DNA of 63,777 nt, counting the filler, from Octopus bimaculoides (lineage: Eukaryota): assembly GCF_001194135.2 (NCBI RefSeq). It is 7 parts of 7 records of this genome, joined end to end, with 100 filler letters (N's around TTAATTAATTAA, not from the genome) between each part and the next. Parts side by side here need not be neighbours in the genome. Positions count along the whole stretch, not along the records: positions 58,003 to 61,822 come from NC_068983.1; positions 61,923 to 63,777 come from NW_026399636.1; 5 more parts are not named here. One strand, written 5' to 3'. The notes under the pieces are model-generated. The model was not told the origin of the DNA, did not search any database, and saw nothing but the letters and a program-made list of their open reading frames with translations. Within the stretch, counting starts at the first letter, position 1. Every line of letters begins with the position of its first letter. Of this stretch, positions 61,259 to 63,777 are shown piece after piece. The position numbers were made by a program, and so were the translations under genes.

Positions 61259-61944
61259 ACTCTCGCAAGACACAACAAAGTTTGTTTCAACACACGAAAT
61301 CATATCAAGAATCTTGTAAACGAAATAGAAAAACGAAATATGGCGTTATTTTCCAACTGTTTATACAAAGAAAAATATGTTAAATACACGTTACAGTTGT
61401 TCTCTCGATGTATTTTAAAATCTTCTTTTCCCTTCTCTTTTTATATTCTCTTTAAATCCTGCATCTTTCTCGACGTTCACACATTGGCCGTCAGTCAAGA
61501 ATACTCGCGTCGGAATTTGGCGGTTTTTCAAACTGTGAACAGTTACGTTCGGTATTGTTTATTAAAAATCTTTTGGTGTGATAATTAACCGACTCTTTCA
61601 GGATGTAATTCTTAGCAATATTCATTTATTCTCTTTTTCTTTCTCTTTTATTATTTCACCCTTTCGTTCCTATATCTGCAGTTTTCGGTCCTCTTATCCT
61701 CAGACGAGATAACTCACGCACTGAAATATATGTCCTAGAAGATCATATATACATACATACATACATACATACATACATACATACAGACAGACAGACAGAC
61801 AGACACACAGACACACACACACNNNNNNNNNNNNNNNNNNNNNNNNNNNNNNNNNNNNNNNNNNNNTTAATTAATTAANNNNNNNNNNNNNNNNNNNNNN
61901 NNNNNNNNNNNNNNNNNNNNNNCTGGTTTGCTGTACTATTTCAG

Positions 61945-62036
61945 ATACCATCTGAAGAACAAGATAGGGCTAGAGAAAGGATGCCTGCCGCGAAACGTAT
62001 ACGGGAAAAGATGGAAGGATGTGGCGAGGAAGTTGG
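61945..62036 (+). CDS. Candidate internal coding exon, death-domain-like (YHLKNKIGLEKGCLPRNVYGKRWKDVARKLG)
   Basis: Acceptor ctatttcag|, donor G|GTATGA, 92 nt, GC/purine-rich against an AT-rich background. One frame gives GKRWKDVARKLG, like the G..W..lAR.LG helix of death domains. A second frame (IPSEEQDRARERMPAAKRIREKMEGCGEEVG) is also open. Confidence 0.45.
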
Positions 62037-63109
62037 GTATGAATGACCCTGCTTAAATCCATAGTAAATTTGTACGGTGTAGCCGGTGAACTTCCCGACC
62101 AAAATGTGAAATAATTCATTGTAATTAATACCCATCACAAATATATATCATTCAATGTCTTAACTGCATAAACTATAGGAACTCATGAACATTATATGTT
62201 TGTAACATCCTGTGCTGTCCCCTCTATGTTAGATCTTATGATCATAATAAAGAATTTATCACTAGCTGGTGATTAACACACGCTAAGACGGCTAACCACC
62301 CAGAAACTNNNNNNNNNNNNNNNNNNNNNNNNNNNNNNNNNNNNNNNNNNNNNNNNNNNNNNNNNNNNNNNNNNNNNNNNNNNNNNNNNNNNNNNNNNNN
62401 NNNNNNNNNNNNNNNNNNNNNNNNNNNNNNNNNNNNNNNNNNNNNNNNNNNNNNNNNNNNNNNNNNNNNNNNNNNNNNNNNNNNNNNNNNNNNNNNNNNN
62501 NNNNNNNNNNNNNNNNNNNNNNNNNNNNNNNNNNNNNNNNNNNNNNNNNNNNNNNNNNNNNNNNNNNNNNNNNNNNNNNNNNNNNNNNNNNNNNNNNNNN
62601 NNNNNNNNNNNNNNNNNNNNNNNNNNNNNNNNNNNNNNNNNNNNNNNNNNNNNNNNNNNNNNNNNNNNNNNNNNNNNNNNNNNNNNNNNNNNNNNNNNNN
62701 NNNNNNNNNNNNNNNNNNNNNNNNNNNNNNNNNNNNNNNNNNNNNNNNNNNNNNNNNNNNNNNNNNNNNNNNNNNNNNNNNNNNNNNNNNNNNNNNNNNN
62801 NNNNNNNNNNNNNNNNNNNNNNNNNNNNNNNNNNNNNNNNNNNNNNNNNNNNNNNNNNNNNNNNNNNNNNNNNNNNNNNNNNNNNNNNNNNNNNNNNNNN
62901 NNNNNNNNNNNNNNNNNNNNNNNNNNNNNNNNNNNNNNNNNNNNNNNNNNNNNNNNNNNNNNNNNNNNNNNNNNNNNNNNNNNNNNNNNNNNNNNNNNNN
63001 NNNNNNNNNNNNNNNNNNNNNNNNNNNNNNNNNNNNNNNNNNNNNNNNNNNNNNNNNNNNNNNNNNCATACATATATATGTATATATTCATGCATATGTA
63101 TATATTCAT

Positions 63110-63660
63110 GCATATGGGTACAGGACATAAAAAAAAACTTTAAACACAATGAGAAACGAACAACGAAAAAAACAAACAGAGAAACGAGACATGCAGCATA
63201 ATGAGTATACCCCTTCGTCAGTTGTCCCTGTTTCATCTACACCGCGTTTCGAAAGCGAGGACAATACGCGACTTGGTTGAAACAGATCTTCCCGCAAAGC
63301 AAATTAAATAAAATTTGGGATTTTTTGCGGAGGGTGAAAATGTTAACAAGAACAGAACATTGAGAACAAGACGGTAAAAACAAGCGGTGAGGGTTGTTGA
63401 GCCAAGACGATAGGGAAATTATTATGAACGCTAGGTAGACGAGCCATGAGAGGAGACCTGAAAAGGCACGTCTTTTCTTTAGGAAGGCAGTGGACAGAAA
63501 GAGATATCCCCTTTCGACACGTGTCAGTGACGAGAGAGTCAAGAAGGAAGAGTGAGAGGGAGAGAGGGAACAGTGAAATGGAGAGAACAATAGGGAAAGG
63601 GAGGGAGAGAAAAACAAAAAGGGTGAAGAACAAAGGAGGGAGAGTGATAAACAGAGAGGG
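63110..63660 (-). mobile_element. Penelope-type pseudo-LTR-like repeat with decayed hammerhead boxes
   Basis: Minus strand CT-rich tract, then CTGTTTCA...CGAAACGCGGTGTAGATGAAACAG (stem-I-like pairing) and CTGACGA. The 3' block is shared with 1120-1200, 18270-18365 and 52235-52340. Confidence 0.55.
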
Positions 63661-63728
63661 GATAGTAGAAGAGTGCGCATCGTAATTATTAAGATAAAAC
63701 TTACTTGGAAAAGTATGCGTGGCGATCG

Positions 63729-63777
63729 ATCATCTATATATATAAAAATGAGAATGTGTGTCTGTCTGTCTGTCTGT
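63729..63777 (-). mobile_element. Helentron/HINE-like 3' terminus (runs off window)
   Basis: Minus strand ACAGACAGACACACATTCTCATTTTTATATATATAGAT; same end as 44580-44626. Confidence 0.55.

Noticed and set aside
63237-63680. 147-aa hydrophobic minus-strand ORF
   Set aside because: It is a translation of the CT-rich pseudo-LTR-like tract (L/S/F/P bias), not a credible protein.

Overview
AT-rich, microsatellite-dense, gapped eukaryotic genomic DNA. The SINE families and repeat landscape suggest an octopod cephalopod (inference). No complete host gene is recognisable. There is one good candidate coding exon (61945-62036, +, with a W-x-x-V-A-R-K-L-G death-domain-like motif) and one possible promoter plus first exon (14820-15376). 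Most interpretable sequence is mobile DNA. (1) A three-level nest: a Chapaev3-type CMC transposon (21639-25795, TAA TSD) contains a Nin-domain SINE (14-bp TSD), which contains a 1.58-kb retroposon encoding only a zinc-knuckle ORF1-like protein and ending in the SINE's own 3' tail. (2) A head-to-tail pile-up of Dong/R4-clade retrotransposons in (TAA)n microsatellites (29.3-36.8 kb). (3) Penelope-like GIY-YIG fragments and several ORF-less pseudo-LTR families with minimal hammerhead-ribozyme motifs, three of them as divergent inverted pairs (2.0-2.6, 16.6-17.1, 27.9-28.6 kb). The motif at 17034-17094 is nearly canonical. (4) A decayed Tc1 transposase, CR1/L2-type RT fragments, a MITE, Helentron-like ends and about 20 SINE copies or fragments with swapped heads and tails. 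Most ORFs in the supplied track are microsatellite or N-gap artefacts. Coordinates of decayed repeats are approximate unless TSD or TIR bases are quoted.
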